A stretch of DNA of 64,000 nt from assembly GCA_963665125.2 (NCBI GenBank), contig CAXXUK010000001.1, positions 1,440,001 through 1,504,000 of the forward strand, in the 5' to 3' direction. Made by a program: the position numbers and the translations under genes. Of this stretch, positions 39,512 to 50,246 are shown piece by piece. Below the pieces are notes generated by a model. That model worked only from the letters and a program-made list of their open reading frames with translations. It was not told the DNA's origin and did no database searches. The first letter of the stretch is position 1. The number at the start of each line of letters is the position of its first letter. The DNA is from an uncultured Desulfarculus sp. GTDB lineage: Bacteria > Desulfobacterota > Desulfarculia > Desulfarculales > Desulfarculaceae.

Positions 39512-40857
39512 TGGCAGCCCGCGTGGCCATTGTCGATGACGAACCGATCGTTTGCAGCAGGCTGCAACGGGCGCTGGCCAAGGACGGCCACGATGTGGAG
39601 TGCTTTGCCGAGGGAAGCTCCCTTCTGCGGCGAATGCAGGATCATCCCTTTGACATCGTCTTCACCGACCTGCGCATGCCCGGCATCGACGGCATGGAGG
39701 TCTTGAGCCGGATAAAGGCTGAACACGAGGGCAGCGAGGTCATCGTCATCACCGGCCACAGCTCCATCGATGGTGCTATCGAGGCCGTACAACACGGAGC
39801 GTTCCACTATGTTGCCAAGCCTCTAAGACTAGAGGAAATCAGGCACTTGGCCACCAGAGCCGAGGAAAAGATCACCCTGCGCAGGGAGAACAAACGGCTC
39901 AGGGATGAATTAATGCGGCGCAACCGGTTCCAGGGTTTCGTGGGCGGCAGCCCGGCCATGCGCGAACTTTATTCGATGATCGAGAAGGTGGCCTCCGTGG
40001 ATTGCAACGTGCTTATTCAGGGGGAAAGCGGCACGGGAAAGGAATTGGCTGCCAGGGCCATCCACTACCTTAGCCCCCGGGCCAAACACCCCTTCGTGTC
40101 GTTCAACTGTGGCGGCTTCAGCGATGATTTGATTACCAACGAGCTGTTCGGCCACGAAAAAGGCGCCTTCACCGGCGCGGTGGCCACCAAGATCGGCCTG
40201 CTGGAGTCGGCGGCCAAGGGTACGGTTTTCCTCGATGAAATCGGCGAGGTGCCGCTGTCTATGCAGGTCAAGCTGCTGCACGTGTTGCAGGAAAAACGCA
40301 TCTTCCGGGTGGGCGGCACCAAGCCCATCAACCTGGATATCCGCATTGTTTCGGCCACCAACCGCAACATGAAAAAAGCCGCCGCCGACGGCACGGTGCG
40401 GGAGGACCTGTTCTACCGCCTCAACGTGGTCACTTTGCGGCTGCCACGCCTGGCCGAACGCCGCGAAGACATCCCCCTGCTGGCGGCCCACTTCTGCCGC
40501 CTGCACAGCGAGGCCTGCGGCAAGAAGGTGCTGCGCATTTCTCCGGATGCCTTGAACGTGCTGACGCGATACAATTTTCCCGGTAATGTCCGCGAGTTGG
40601 AGAATATCATCGAGCGGGCCGTGGCCTTGTCGGACAGCGAGGTCATCGAAGTGGGCGACCTGCCCGCCGACCTGCAAAAGCTGGAATTCAGCTCCTTCGA
40701 AGGCGAAGACATCTACTCCCTGGATGAGGTGGAACGCCGCCACATCAAGATGGTGCTGTCCAAGACCAACAACAACAAGGGCCTGGCCAGCAACATCCTG
40801 GGCATTCCCCGCACCACCTTCTGGCGCAAGCTAAAAAAATACGGCCTGGACGACTGA
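39508..40857 (+). CDS. Sigma54-dependent response regulator (NtrC/AtoC family)
   Basis: REC domain, GESGTGKE, ELFGHEKGAFTGA, FPGNVREL, Fis-type HTH. Confidence 0.95.
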   Translation: MMAARVAIVDDEPIVCSRLQRALAKDGHDVECFAEGSSLLRRMQDHPFDIVFTDLRMPGIDGMEVLSRIKAEHEGSEVIVITGHSSIDGAIEAVQHGAFHYVAKPLRLEEIRHLATRAEEKITLRRENKRLRDELMRRNRFQGFVGGSPAMRELYSMIEKVASVDCNVLIQGESGTGKELAARAIHYLSPRAKHPFVSFNCGGFSDDLITNELFGHEKGAFTGAVATKIGLLESAAKGTVFLDEIGEVPLSMQVKLLHVLQEKRIFRVGGTKPINLDIRIVSATNRNMKKAAADGTVREDLFYRLNVVTLRLPRLAERREDIPLLAAHFCRLHSEACGKKVLRISPDALNVLTRYNFPGNVRELENIIERAVALSDSEVIEVGDLPADLQKLEFSSFEGEDIYSLDEVERRHIKMVLSKTNNNKGLASNILGIPRTTFWRKLKKYGLDD

Positions 40858-41044
40858 TCCGGGGCTGCCCACCCATGCTCTCAAATTTTCCATATTGAAA
40901 CACGAATAACAGCCCCTCGGATTATTTACGAGCCAGTACAGTTGGTTATCCGGCACCATCCTGCCATGTTCCGATATGAAACGCGGACAGCCCCCTCCAA
41001 ACCGATTTTACAGAATAATCATGTAAAAACAACGCCATAGCGAC

Positions 41045-41060
41045 TGGTCTGCTTTTTGCT
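41045..41060 (+). promoter_or_regulatory. Sigma54 promoter of the USP/TauE/PEP-utiliser operon
   Basis: TGGTCTGCTTTTTGCT has GG-N10-GC spacing. Candidate activator sites TTTCCATATTGAAACA (40887) and TGTTCCGATATGAAAC (40967) lie upstream. Confidence 0.7.
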
Positions 41061-41090
41061 CCATTTGGGGACATTCGCGGAGGAGGATCT

Positions 41091-41531
41091 ATGGACAGGA
41101 TTTTACTGAGCCTTGACTCCATGGACCCAGGGTTGGGGGCGGGTTTGTACGCCCTAAACCTGGCCAAGCGCATCCAGGCCCAGGTCTATGTCCTGCGTGT
41201 GGGCCGCCAGCCGGAGCATCAAGACAACGCCGACCCGGGCGTCACGGACGCGCGGGAACAAGGCAATCCCGTAGAGCTGCTCATCAACCAGGCCCGCCGC
41301 GAGGGCCTGAACGTGAGCTACTACCTCGCCGACGGGCCCTTTGAAAACGAAACCGTCCAGCTAATTCAGGAAAAGGGAATAACCATTTTGGTGGTCGAAC
41401 CGCCGACCAAGGGCGGAGACGCGGCCATGCGCGATTTTCGCAATGTTTTGGACAACATCCGGCTTCGGGTCGACTGTCACATCGAGGTGGTTAATCAGCG
41501 CGAGCGCACTGCCACCATGGAAGGGGATTGA
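41091..41531 (+). CDS. Universal-stress-protein-like protein
   Basis: MDRILLSLD, YALNLAKRIQAQVYVLRV, ending in VDCHIEVV. Confidence 0.7.
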   Translation: MDRILLSLDSMDPGLGAGLYALNLAKRIQAQVYVLRVGRQPEHQDNADPGVTDAREQGNPVELLINQARREGLNVSYYLADGPFENETVQLIQEKGITILVVEPPTKGGDAAMRDFRNVLDNIRLRVDCHIEVVNQRERTATMEGD

Positions 41532-42463
41532 ACATGCCTTGGCACCTGTATTTGCCAATCGCCGGCAACAGCGTAAATGTGGTGTTGATATTCATCATGG
41601 GGGGCGCGGTGGGTCTTTTATCCGGCCTCTTCGGGGTCGGCGGCGGTTTTCTGATGACTCCCTTGCTGATCATGGTCGGCATTCCGCCGACGGTGGCCGC
41701 CGCATCCGATTCCAACCAGATCGTCGGAGCCTCCACCTCGGGGACGCTGGCCCACTACCGGCTGGGCAACGTTGATATCAAAATGGGGCTACTCTTACTG
41801 GTTGGCGGTGTAGCCGGAGGCATAGGTGGGGTCCAGTTGATCAAGATGCTGCGGGCCATGGGCAACGCGGACTTCCTGATCCAGATCACCTACGTATTGA
41901 TGCTTGGTTTTGTGGGCGGCTACATGCTGCTGGAGAGCATCCAGACCCTGCGCCGTAATAAGACCGGCGACGCGGCCCCTGCGGCCAAAAAGGAATCGGC
42001 CTACGCCAAGTTCATGCGCAGCCTGCCGCTGCAGACCAGGTTCGAGAAATCCGGCGTGGAGATGTCGCTATTGATGCCGGTGGTCCTCGGCGGCTTCGTG
42101 GGCGTGCTGGCGGCTATCATGGGCGTAGGCGGCGGTTTCATAATGGTGCCGGTTATGGTCTACATGCTGCGCATGCCCATGCACGTGGTGGTGGGCACCA
42201 GCCTGTTCCAGATTCTGTTTACCTGCGTGGTGGTCACGATCATGCAGGCCTCCACCAACCACACCGTGGACTTCATCCTGGCCCTGATCCTGCTCTTGGG
42301 CTCCACACTGGGGGCCCAGATCGGAGCCAAAATGGGCAAGCGCCTGCACGGAGAACAGCTCAAGCTGATCCTGGCCTGCCTGGTGCTGGTTGTCATGGCC
42401 AAGATGCTCCTGGGCCTGTTGGTGCATCCCACCTACCTTCTGAGCTACGCGGGAGGCCACTAA
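41528..42463 (+). CDS. Sulfite exporter TauE/SafE family permease
   Basis: Duplicated GLFGVGGGFLMTP / AIMGVGGGFIMVP motifs. Confidence 0.92.
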   Translation: MNMPWHLYLPIAGNSVNVVLIFIMGGAVGLLSGLFGVGGGFLMTPLLIMVGIPPTVAAASDSNQIVGASTSGTLAHYRLGNVDIKMGLLLLVGGVAGGIGGVQLIKMLRAMGNADFLIQITYVLMLGFVGGYMLLESIQTLRRNKTGDAAPAAKKESAYAKFMRSLPLQTRFEKSGVEMSLLMPVVLGGFVGVLAAIMGVGGGFIMVPVMVYMLRMPMHVVVGTSLFQILFTCVVVTIMQASTNHTVDFILALILLLGSTLGAQIGAKMGKRLHGEQLKLILACLVLVVMAKMLLGLLVHPTYLLSYAGGH

Positions 42464-42464
42464 G

Positions 42465-43241
42465 ATGCGCGCGATTTGGAAAAAAACAGCAATTATCGCC
42501 GTACTGGCCTTGGCGCTGTCCGGCCTGCCCATGGCCCTGGCCGGCACCGCCGCCGGTCCGCAATTGTCCCCGCCGGAGGTGAAGATCACCGCTTTTTACA
42601 ATGGCACTCAGGTGCGGGTTGACGGCAGCGTGCCCCAGGGCCACCAAGCCGCCGTGGTGCTTTCCAGCGGTGCGGCCGAGCAATCTTTCAGGGTCAAAGA
42701 AAAGGTTGGCGGCGTGCTGTGGATGAATCGGGCCACGGTGTCTTTCGACAACCTGCCCATGGTTTATCTGCTGGCCGCCTCGGCCACTGGCGATGCTGCC
42801 CGGGACGTGGACGCGGCTCTAGGTCTGGAACACCTGCGCACCGAGGCTCATGTCCAGTCCAACGCCCAGAATCACGAGCAGCTCTTTGATGAATTTGCAA
42901 AAATGAAACAAGGCGAAGGGCTTTATTCGATCAATTACGGCGCATTGACTCTGGACCAGGCCGATAGCGGAATCCAGACCTTGCACTGCGACCTGGAGAT
43001 CCCGGCAAAAATGCCATTAGGCGAGTTTTCCGTAAGGCTGATAGACATAGATCCCCAGGGACGCATCACCGAAGCAGGCAGCAAACAACTCAAGGTCAGC
43101 GAGAGCGGCCTGCCCGCGTTGCTCTCGGAACTCGCCTTTGAATACGGTACGCTTTACGGTCTTTTGGCCGTGGTTATCGCCATCTGCGGCGGCATGGTTA
43201 CTTCAATTATCTTCCGCCAGGGCGGCGGCGGGGCCCACTAG
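42465..43241 (+). CDS. TIGR02186-like membrane-anchored protein (TauE partner)
   Basis: Signal peptide, ITAFYNG, KEKVGGVLWMN, C-terminal TM LYGLLAVVIA; usual position after this type of TauE. Confidence 0.8.
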   Translation: MRAIWKKTAIIAVLALALSGLPMALAGTAAGPQLSPPEVKITAFYNGTQVRVDGSVPQGHQAAVVLSSGAAEQSFRVKEKVGGVLWMNRATVSFDNLPMVYLLAASATGDAARDVDAALGLEHLRTEAHVQSNAQNHEQLFDEFAKMKQGEGLYSINYGALTLDQADSGIQTLHCDLEIPAKMPLGEFSVRLIDIDPQGRITEAGSKQLKVSESGLPALLSELAFEYGTLYGLLAVVIAICGGMVTSIIFRQGGGGAH

Positions 43242-43253
43242 GGCGGAGACGGT

Positions 43254-45827
43254 ATGAACTGGTTTGGCCGCATAAAGGATTTGGTCATCAGCAAGCCGCG
43301 CCGGGCGGACCAGGCCAACTTTACCCTGGCCTTTGCCAGCTTCCAGAAAATTCTGGAGACCAACAACCAGATCCTGGAGTTGATGGCGGATATGGGTGAC
43401 AAGCAGGGTGGGCAATTTGTTTTCGACCGCCAGTACATCATTTCCTCCTGCGAAAAAGCCAAGGAGTTGAGCCAGCACATCATCATGGAACTCAACAAAC
43501 TGGCGCCAAAGAAGTTCCTGGGTTTGTACGAGGCTTTTCAGGCCATAGAAGACCAGATCGACGCGGACCTGTCGGGCCAAATGATAATCCCCAAGACGCC
43601 CTATGTGATCTCCAACAATGAATTCACCCGCGAGTCGGCCGAGGTGGTGGGCAATAAAAACGCCCATCTGGCGGCCGTGCACCAGGTACTGGGCCTGCCC
43701 ACCCCCCCATGTTTCATGATCACCACCAAGGCCTACCATGATCTTATGGCTCATGACGGTCTGCGTGAGCGCATGCAGCCCTGGCTCGAGCAATGGAAGG
43801 CGGGGGAAATCGATAGCGAAAAGGCCGCCGAGGCCCTGCGGCCGATAATCAGCAATGCCGAGTTGCCCCACAGCCTGGAGCGTGCGCTACGTAAGAACGC
43901 CCATCACCTGCTGAACCAAGCGGGCGGGGGGGCGGCCAGCCTGGCCGTACGCAGCAGCGCCACCGGTGAAGACGGAGCGCTCTCTTTCGCCGGTCAATAC
44001 AGGACCGAGTTGGGTGTCACGGCCGAAGACCTGCCCAAGGCCTACATCTCGGTGGTGGCCAGTGTTTTCCGGGCCCGCGCCCTGGAATACCGCCGCCAAT
44101 GGGGCATTTCCGAAGATCAGGTCGCCATGGCCGTGGGATGCCAGCTAATGGTGCCCGCCCAGGCGGCTGGAGTGCTATACACCCTTGATCCGCTGGCCCC
44201 GGAACAGGAGTACATGCTTATTTCGGCGGCCTTCGGACTGGGCGGTCCCGTGGTGTCCGGCCAAGCCCCGGCCGACCACCTCCGTGTGTCCCGCGGGGCT
44301 CCCTACAATGTCCTGAGCTTAAATGCCGTGCCAAAGCCCAGCAAGTTGGTGCCGGTTCCCGGTGGAGGCATCGCAACGGTGCCTGTTGGACCTGAGTCGG
44401 AATCGTCTTTGGCCATTAACTCGAACCAGGCCGCAGTCCTGGCCGAGATGGCCATACGCATCGAAAACTACTTCAAGGCACCGCAGGACATCGAGTGGGC
44501 TTTGGACCAGGACGGCAATCCGGTGATCCTCCAGGTGCGCTCATTGAACCTCAAGCCCCAGGTCAGCAACATGATCTGCGATATCGCCGATGTGCTGGAC
44601 AAGCAGCCTGTGTTGCTTTCCAGGCGCGGCGCGGTGGCCCAGCAGGGCATCGGCGCCGGTCCCGTCTACGTTGTCCACAACGATAAAGACCTGGACGACT
44701 TTCCCGAAGGGGCCATTCTGGTCACCCGCTTCACCTCGCCGCGCCTGGGCAAGGTCATGAGCCGGGCCAGGGGCGTCATTACCGATCTGGGATCGCCAAC
44801 CGGTCACTTGGCAACCATTGCCAGGGAATTCCGCGTGCCCACCATCGTCGGCGCGGGCATCGCCACCAAGGTGCTCCAAACAGGCATGGAAATCACCATG
44901 GACGCCGGACAAAACGTGGTATACGCCGGGAAAATTAAAGAACTGTGCTATTTCCAGTTCGCCGAGGACGCCTTTGAGGAGACGCCGGAATACCGGTTGC
45001 TTTGCCGGGTGCTCAGGCGCATAGCTCCGCTTAACCTGGTGGACCCCAAGGGGGCGAACTTCACGCCCAAGGGATGCCTCACCCTGCACGACATTACCCG
45101 GTTCGCCCACGAAAAGGCCGTGGAAGAACTGCTGTCCATTGAATACCATCACAGTCACGGGGCGCCATCCAAAAGGCTTGACACCGGTCTGCCGCTGGGC
45201 CTGCTGGTCATCGACATAGGCGGCGGGCTGGACGCCGCGCCCGGCTCCACGGATGTGGGGCTTGACGAGCTTTGCTCAAAGCCGGCCCTGGCCTTTTTGG
45301 AGGGCATGGCCGAGCCGGGCTTGTGGGCCACCGATCCCATGCCGGTTGACTTCGGCGGTTTCATGTCCAGCGTCACCCGCACCTTTGCCTCTTACATGAC
45401 CTCACCCCAGGCGGTGGGCCAGAACCTGGCCGTGGTGTCCCGGGATTATCTGAACCTCAACATGCGACTGGGCTACCACTTCAACATTGTGGACGCCTAT
45501 GTCAGCGAAGATTCCAACGCCAATTACGCCTACTTCCGCTTCCACGGCGGCGTCACCGACATGCTGCGTCGGGCGCGGAGGGCCAGGTTCCTATCGGAGG
45601 TGCTGTCCCACCATGATTTCATGGTGGATGTGCGGGGAGACTTGGTGGTGGCCCGCATAAAAAAACTGCCTGAAGAGATCATGCTGGAGAAGGTTCGTCT
45701 CCTGGGACGGCTGGTCTCATTCAGCCGCCAGTTGGATATAAAAATGCAAAACGATGAGGCTATCGACCAATACCTCCAGAATTTCCTATCAATGAACGAT
45801 AGCCGGACGATGGTCCCCATGGCCTGA
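43254..45827 (+). CDS. PEP synthase/PPDK-like protein (ATP-grasp domain plus phospho-His swivel, non-canonical C-terminus)
   Basis: VGNKNAHL, AVRSSATGED..SFAGQY, PQDIEWA, GSPTGHLATIAREF. Confidence 0.85.
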   Translation: MNWFGRIKDLVISKPRRADQANFTLAFASFQKILETNNQILELMADMGDKQGGQFVFDRQYIISSCEKAKELSQHIIMELNKLAPKKFLGLYEAFQAIEDQIDADLSGQMIIPKTPYVISNNEFTRESAEVVGNKNAHLAAVHQVLGLPTPPCFMITTKAYHDLMAHDGLRERMQPWLEQWKAGEIDSEKAAEALRPIISNAELPHSLERALRKNAHHLLNQAGGGAASLAVRSSATGEDGALSFAGQYRTELGVTAEDLPKAYISVVASVFRARALEYRRQWGISEDQVAMAVGCQLMVPAQAAGVLYTLDPLAPEQEYMLISAAFGLGGPVVSGQAPADHLRVSRGAPYNVLSLNAVPKPSKLVPVPGGGIATVPVGPESESSLAINSNQAAVLAEMAIRIENYFKAPQDIEWALDQDGNPVILQVRSLNLKPQVSNMICDIADVLDKQPVLLSRRGAVAQQGIGAGPVYVVHNDKDLDDFPEGAILVTRFTSPRLGKVMSRARGVITDLGSPTGHLATIAREFRVPTIVGAGIATKVLQTGMEITMDAGQNVVYAGKIKELCYFQFAEDAFEETPEYRLLCRVLRRIAPLNLVDPKGANFTPKGCLTLHDITRFAHEKAVEELLSIEYHHSHGAPSKRLDTGLPLGLLVIDIGGGLDAAPGSTDVGLDELCSKPALAFLEGMAEPGLWATDPMPVDFGGFMSSVTRTFASYMTSPQAVGQNLAVVSRDYLNLNMRLGYHFNIVDAYVSEDSNANYAYFRFHGGVTDMLRRARRARFLSEVLSHHDFMVDVRGDLVVARIKKLPEEIMLEKVRLLGRLVSFSRQLDIKMQNDEAIDQYLQNFLSMNDSRTMVPMA

Positions 45828-45840
45828 AGGGAGGCTAATT

Positions 45841-46248
45841 ATGGACCCCGAACAGAAGAGCCAAATACTGATCCTCGACGATGAACTCATCGTGTGCAAA
45901 AGACTCCGGCCAAATCTGGAAAAGAGCGGTTTTGAAGTTGAATCCTTTACCAAAAGCAACGAAGCCCTGGAGCGGGTGCGCCAAAAACGATTCGATGTGG
46001 TCATCACCGATATAAAGATGGAGGGCCTCGACGGTCTGGGCTTCATGGAGGAGGTCAAAAAGATATCTCCTGAAACCGAAGTGGTGGTCATTACCGGCTT
46101 CGCCACCATGGATACGGCCAAGCAGTCTTACCAAAAGGGCGTGTTCGACTTCATCGCTAAGCCCTTTTCTCTTAGCGAAATCCAGAAGGTTGTCAAAAAG
46201 GCCGAAGCAAAGGCCCTGCAAAACCGTCTTAACGTCCAGAGTCAGTAA
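45841..46248 (+). CDS. Single-domain response regulator
   Basis: ILDDE, DVVITDIKM, VITGF, FIAKPF. Confidence 0.92.
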   Translation: MDPEQKSQILILDDELIVCKRLRPNLEKSGFEVESFTKSNEALERVRQKRFDVVITDIKMEGLDGLGFMEEVKKISPETEVVVITGFATMDTAKQSYQKGVFDFIAKPFSLSEIQKVVKKAEAKALQNRLNVQSQ

Positions 46249-46261
46249 GGATGCATTACCA

Positions 46262-47056
46262 ATGAAGGATATCCTGGTTTCCATAGAAAACGACCTGCCC
46301 TCCAGTATTACGCTGCGCTATTGCTGCCGCCTGGCCGGTTTGATTCAGGCCAGAGTACAGGTGATCCACTCCAGGGCGCCGGGAAAGGACGCGCCTGCCA
46401 TAGGCGCGGGATGGGCCCAACATGCGTGGCGCGAAGACCTCCTGACCCAGGCCCGGCATGAAATCACCCAGATTCTGCGCGATGATCAAATCCAAGGCCC
46501 TGTTCTGTTGGAACCGATCCTGGAGGTGGGCGACCGAGAAGCGCAGATTATGGCCGAGCTCGGCCGCAAACCGTATGCCTTGGCCGCAGTGGGACTGCCG
46601 CTACCGCTAACACCGGATCTTCTCCATAAATTATTCCGCCTGGAAGTGGCTCATATAACTTCTTGCCCTGTTCTGTTCGGCCTGACCATGGCCCCTCCCG
46701 AGAATGTTCTTTTTTGCCTTGCAGAAGCAAAGGCCGACAGCCGCCGGATCGCAAATTTTCTTAAGCTGATGGAAGGCGCTCCGGTCAAACTAGATCTGGC
46801 CACCGGCCCCAATGATGGTGTAATCAGCGCATCGCCCATGTCGGCGCAAGATCGCATGGATTACGCCGCCAAACTCTTTGAAGCAAGCGGTATAGCCGTG
46901 GGCCAGCACAGGCTATTGGAGGGGACGGCGGAACAGACATCGGGGATCATCAATCAGTACGGTATGGTGGTTCCACCGCTCAGCCGGGGCACGCCCAAAG
47001 ACAGCGCCTGGCTGGCCATTTTGAGCCATTCTTCCACTACCATATTGGTTTGCTGA
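46262..47056 (+). CDS. Universal stress protein (tandem USP-like)
   Basis: MKDILVSIE start, HITSCPVL and SSTTILVC USP-type ends. Confidence 0.7.
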   Translation: MKDILVSIENDLPSSITLRYCCRLAGLIQARVQVIHSRAPGKDAPAIGAGWAQHAWREDLLTQARHEITQILRDDQIQGPVLLEPILEVGDREAQIMAELGRKPYALAAVGLPLPLTPDLLHKLFRLEVAHITSCPVLFGLTMAPPENVLFCLAEAKADSRRIANFLKLMEGAPVKLDLATGPNDGVISASPMSAQDRMDYAAKLFEASGIAVGQHRLLEGTAEQTSGIINQYGMVVPPLSRGTPKDSAWLAILSHSSTTILVC

Positions 47057-47086
47057 ATTTCTCCAACCCGGAAAGGTGGTTTAAAC

Positions 47087-47962
47087 ATGAAGATACTTTT
47101 AGCGGTCGACGATAGCCTCTACAGCCGTTATGCGGCCGACGAAGTAGTCAGCCTGGCCTTCAATTCCAGGGCAGAGGTCTCGATTCTGGGCTTGAGCAAC
47201 GGCAACGGCGGCCAATCCGGCAAGGCAGGGGAATTGCCTCAATCAAATCTGGCCCTGCTCATGGAAAGCTACCGAAACATGTTCCTGCGCCACCAGCCCA
47301 GCGATGAGAACCCATATACCCCAAACCAGGCAGCCCAAGAATGGCTTCAGATTGACAAGGGCGTGTGGGAAGAGTTGATGGTTCTGCAGGGCGCGCAGAA
47401 GCGGTTGCGCACCCTTGTACGGCGGGGGGACGCCGGCCAGGTACTGGCCGAGGACGCGGCCGACGACTACGACCTCATCGTGCTGGGCTGCGGTCCCCAG
47501 GGGCAAAACCTGGGAGGAAGTTCGCTGGGCCCACTTATGAAAATAATCGAAGACGCCAGGGCATCGGTGCTGTTGGTAAAGGAGGATCAAGCGATCCATA
47601 AGATTGTCTGCTGCCTGGACCGCACGGAGGTGCCCCAAAGTTCCCTTGAAATGATCAACCAAATGGCTACGATCCACGGCGCGGACCTGGAGCTTTTAGG
47701 CATCACCCGCGAAGGTTGGCTGCGCGTGGAAGTGGATTCCAAGCTCACCGGATTATGGAGTTATTTTGATGCCTCGCAGGAAAAGGTCATGACCGGCTTC
47801 AAGGAACATTCAGAGTTGCAACCGTTTGTATCCAACGAGTCACGGCCCGACCTTCTGGTGATCTGGCGCGGTGAAAAATCATTATTGAAGCGGCTGCTCC
47901 CGCCCAAGTGGTTTGCCGGGTTGGTGGCTCAAAGCCAATCTTCCATATTGATCCTGCGTTGA
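47087..47962 (+). CDS. Universal stress protein (tandem USP-like)
   Basis: MKILLAVDDS, YDLIVLG, ASVLLVK, SSILILR. Confidence 0.78.
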   Translation: MKILLAVDDSLYSRYAADEVVSLAFNSRAEVSILGLSNGNGGQSGKAGELPQSNLALLMESYRNMFLRHQPSDENPYTPNQAAQEWLQIDKGVWEELMVLQGAQKRLRTLVRRGDAGQVLAEDAADDYDLIVLGCGPQGQNLGGSSLGPLMKIIEDARASVLLVKEDQAIHKIVCCLDRTEVPQSSLEMINQMATIHGADLELLGITREGWLRVEVDSKLTGLWSYFDASQEKVMTGFKEHSELQPFVSNESRPDLLVIWRGEKSLLKRLLPPKWFAGLVAQSQSSILILR

Positions 47963-48141
47963 AATGGTTTTGGCCCCTAGTTATTGAACAAACCAGCGGT
48001 TGGTCCGCGTGTGATATGCCAGGTCATTATTAAGCCGCTGAAAAGCTGTCCCGAAGCTCCAGCACAAGCATGTTTACGAAGGGCTGAAAATCCAGAAAGA
48101 AATCCATATCCGGACCGGATCCGAAAGGATCCTGCCCCGGC

Positions 48142-48440
48142 GGGTGTGTCAGGAATTCCGTGTATGTAGCTGTTCGTGAGATACTCTGCCTTTATTGGAG
48201 GAACTCACGACATGGCTATCAATGACGAATTGCTGGAGCAGTTGCTGGAGGAGTACCAGAAGCCCGAGGACCTGCTGGGTGAGGACGGGATACTCCAGGA
48301 GTTGAAGAAGGCCCTGGTGGAGAAGGCGCTTGGGGCCGAGTTGACCCATCATCTGGGTTATGAGAAGGGCGAGAAGCCGGGCCGCAAGGCCAGCAATACG
48401 CGCAACGGCCACGGCAAAAAGAAGGTCAAAGGGCAGGACG
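48142..48440 (+). mobile_element. IS256-family left-end fragment (transposase N-terminus from ATG 48212)
   Basis: End sequence GGGTGTGTCAGGAATTCCGTG; DELLEQLL..PEDLLGEDGILQELKKALVEKALGAELTHHLGYEKG..NTRNG. Confidence 0.85.
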
Positions 48441-48808
48441 TAAAACCGTCTACCCGCCCGAGTCATTCATGAAAAAAGCTAAGGCCAGATACGAACAGGA
48501 CAAGGCCGCAAACATCCCCTGGGTGGTCCACTTTAGGGGCAGACAGATTAGAAGCCTAAAAAAGAGCCTGGGGCAGCGCAAAAGAACGGGCTGGCTACGG
48601 TGACAGTTCCATCCGCATGTATGACCTACGCCATGTGGCTGCAACAGAGATGCTGGCTAATGGCGCCGATCCAGCTGCCGTACAGCACCAGCTAGGTCAT
48701 CGCCGTTTGAGCACCACCCTGGATGTTTACAGTGGTGTTATGAAAGGTGCCCAGCAAAAGGCCGCAAAGCTCATGCCCACCCCTGATGGCGAACCTGAAG
48801 ATTGCTAA
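48441..48808 (+). pseudogene. C-terminal remnant of a tyrosine integrase
   Basis: WVVHFRGRQIRSLKK, then after a frameshift AWGSAKERAG..IRMYDLRHVAATEMLANGAD..VQHQLGHRRLSTTLDVY. Confidence 0.8.
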
Positions 48809-48810
48809 TT

Positions 48811-48990
48811 TGTCCTAGTCGAGAAAAGCGTTGACAGGTCAAGGTCCTAGCTGAAGGAGCCATGGCCTTCCGGTTAAGATGGTTCAAGCCAAAAGAAACA
48901 TCTTAATTGAAAGGAAGGACCATGACTCAATCGCAGTATATCATCAACCGCAAGCTCAATATCCTGGAGTTGGGCCAGACTCTGGGAAAC
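48811..48990 (+). mobile_element. IS481-family left end with the first 23 transposase codons, cut by IS3 copy 3
   Basis: TGTCCTAGTC...GCGTTGACAG terminus, RBS GAAAGGAAGG, MTQSQYIINRKLNILELGQTLGN. Confidence 0.7.
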
Positions 48991-50246
48991 TGATCTAACC
49001 CATCAACAACGGACATTTGGTTAAGCGACAATTTGATTTTCAAAGGCCAGCGGGCTGATGTATCCGTTGGCACTGTGTCTCCTGTTTCGGTTGTAGTCAA
49101 CCTCGATATACTCGAATACGGCACGGCGCATACCTTGGCGGGTGGCGAAGTGCGCACCGTGGATCAGTTCCACCTTGAGGGTATGGAAGAAGCTTTCAGC
49201 AACGGCGTTGTCGTAACAGTTGCCTCTGCCGCTCATGCTGCAAACCAGTTCATGCTTGGTCAAAAGGGCCTGGTATTTCCTAGAGCAATACTGGCTGCCC
49301 CGATCCGAATGAACCAACACACCTTTGGACATATGCCGTCGCCACAAGGCCATCTGCAAGGCGTCACAGACTAAATCGGCCTTCATGCGTTCATCCATGG
49401 CCCAGCCCACCACCATGCGCGAAAACAGGTCGAGCACCACCGCCAGATACAACCAGCCCTCGCCGGTCCAAAGGTATGTAATGTCGCAGACCCACTTCTG
49501 ATTTGGAGCCGTTGCGTTGAAGTCCTGGGCCAACAGATTTGGAGCCACCGGCATACCGTGATCCGAATCCGTGGTGGCCTTGAACTTCCTGGCCGCTTTG
49601 GCCACCAGGCCCTGTCTATTCATGCTCTTGGCCACTGTTTTGCGGTTGTATTTACGGCCTTGCTCATCAAGGTCGAGAGTCAGCCCAACTGCTCCGCTAC
49701 GGCCCTTGCGAACTTCAAAGGCTTCTTTCACCAGGTGATCGAGCCTCTCACGCTCCATCTGCCTCTGACTGGGATTTTGCAGCCTGCTCCGCCAGCCATA
49801 ATACCCGCCACGTGATACGCCAAAGGCCTCGGATTGCGCCGTGATGCTGTATGTGCCTGCGTTTTGCTGCATGAACGCGTACTTCACTTCAGGCTTTTGG
49901 CGAAGTCTGCGGCGGCCTTTTTAAATATGGCCAACTCCTCTTCTTTCTTGGCCAACTGCCGCTTCAGCTTGGCGTTTTCAATTTCCAATTCCTTTTCGGT
50001 TTCATTGCGGCCGGCCTCATAGCGAGTCTTTTTGCGCCAAGCGTAAACCTGGGACTCATGCAGGCCAAGCTGCTTGGCCGCACCAGCCACGCCCGCTTGC
50101 TCGGCCAAACCCAGCGCCTCAATCTTGAATTCCAGCGAGTACCGTCGCCTGGTGGATTTCTTCTGGCTCTTCTGTGATGGCGCCGAACGCCTCCGTTAAG
50201 CAATTTACTCGCTTAAACGAGCGCCCGTCAAAACTGGGCTGGATCA
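48991..50246 (-). mobile_element. IS3-family element, copy 3 (1256 bp; orfB 49021-49887; orfA start codon mutated)
   Basis: Both IRs present; near-identical to copy 1; orfA ATG replaced by GCG. Confidence 0.95.
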
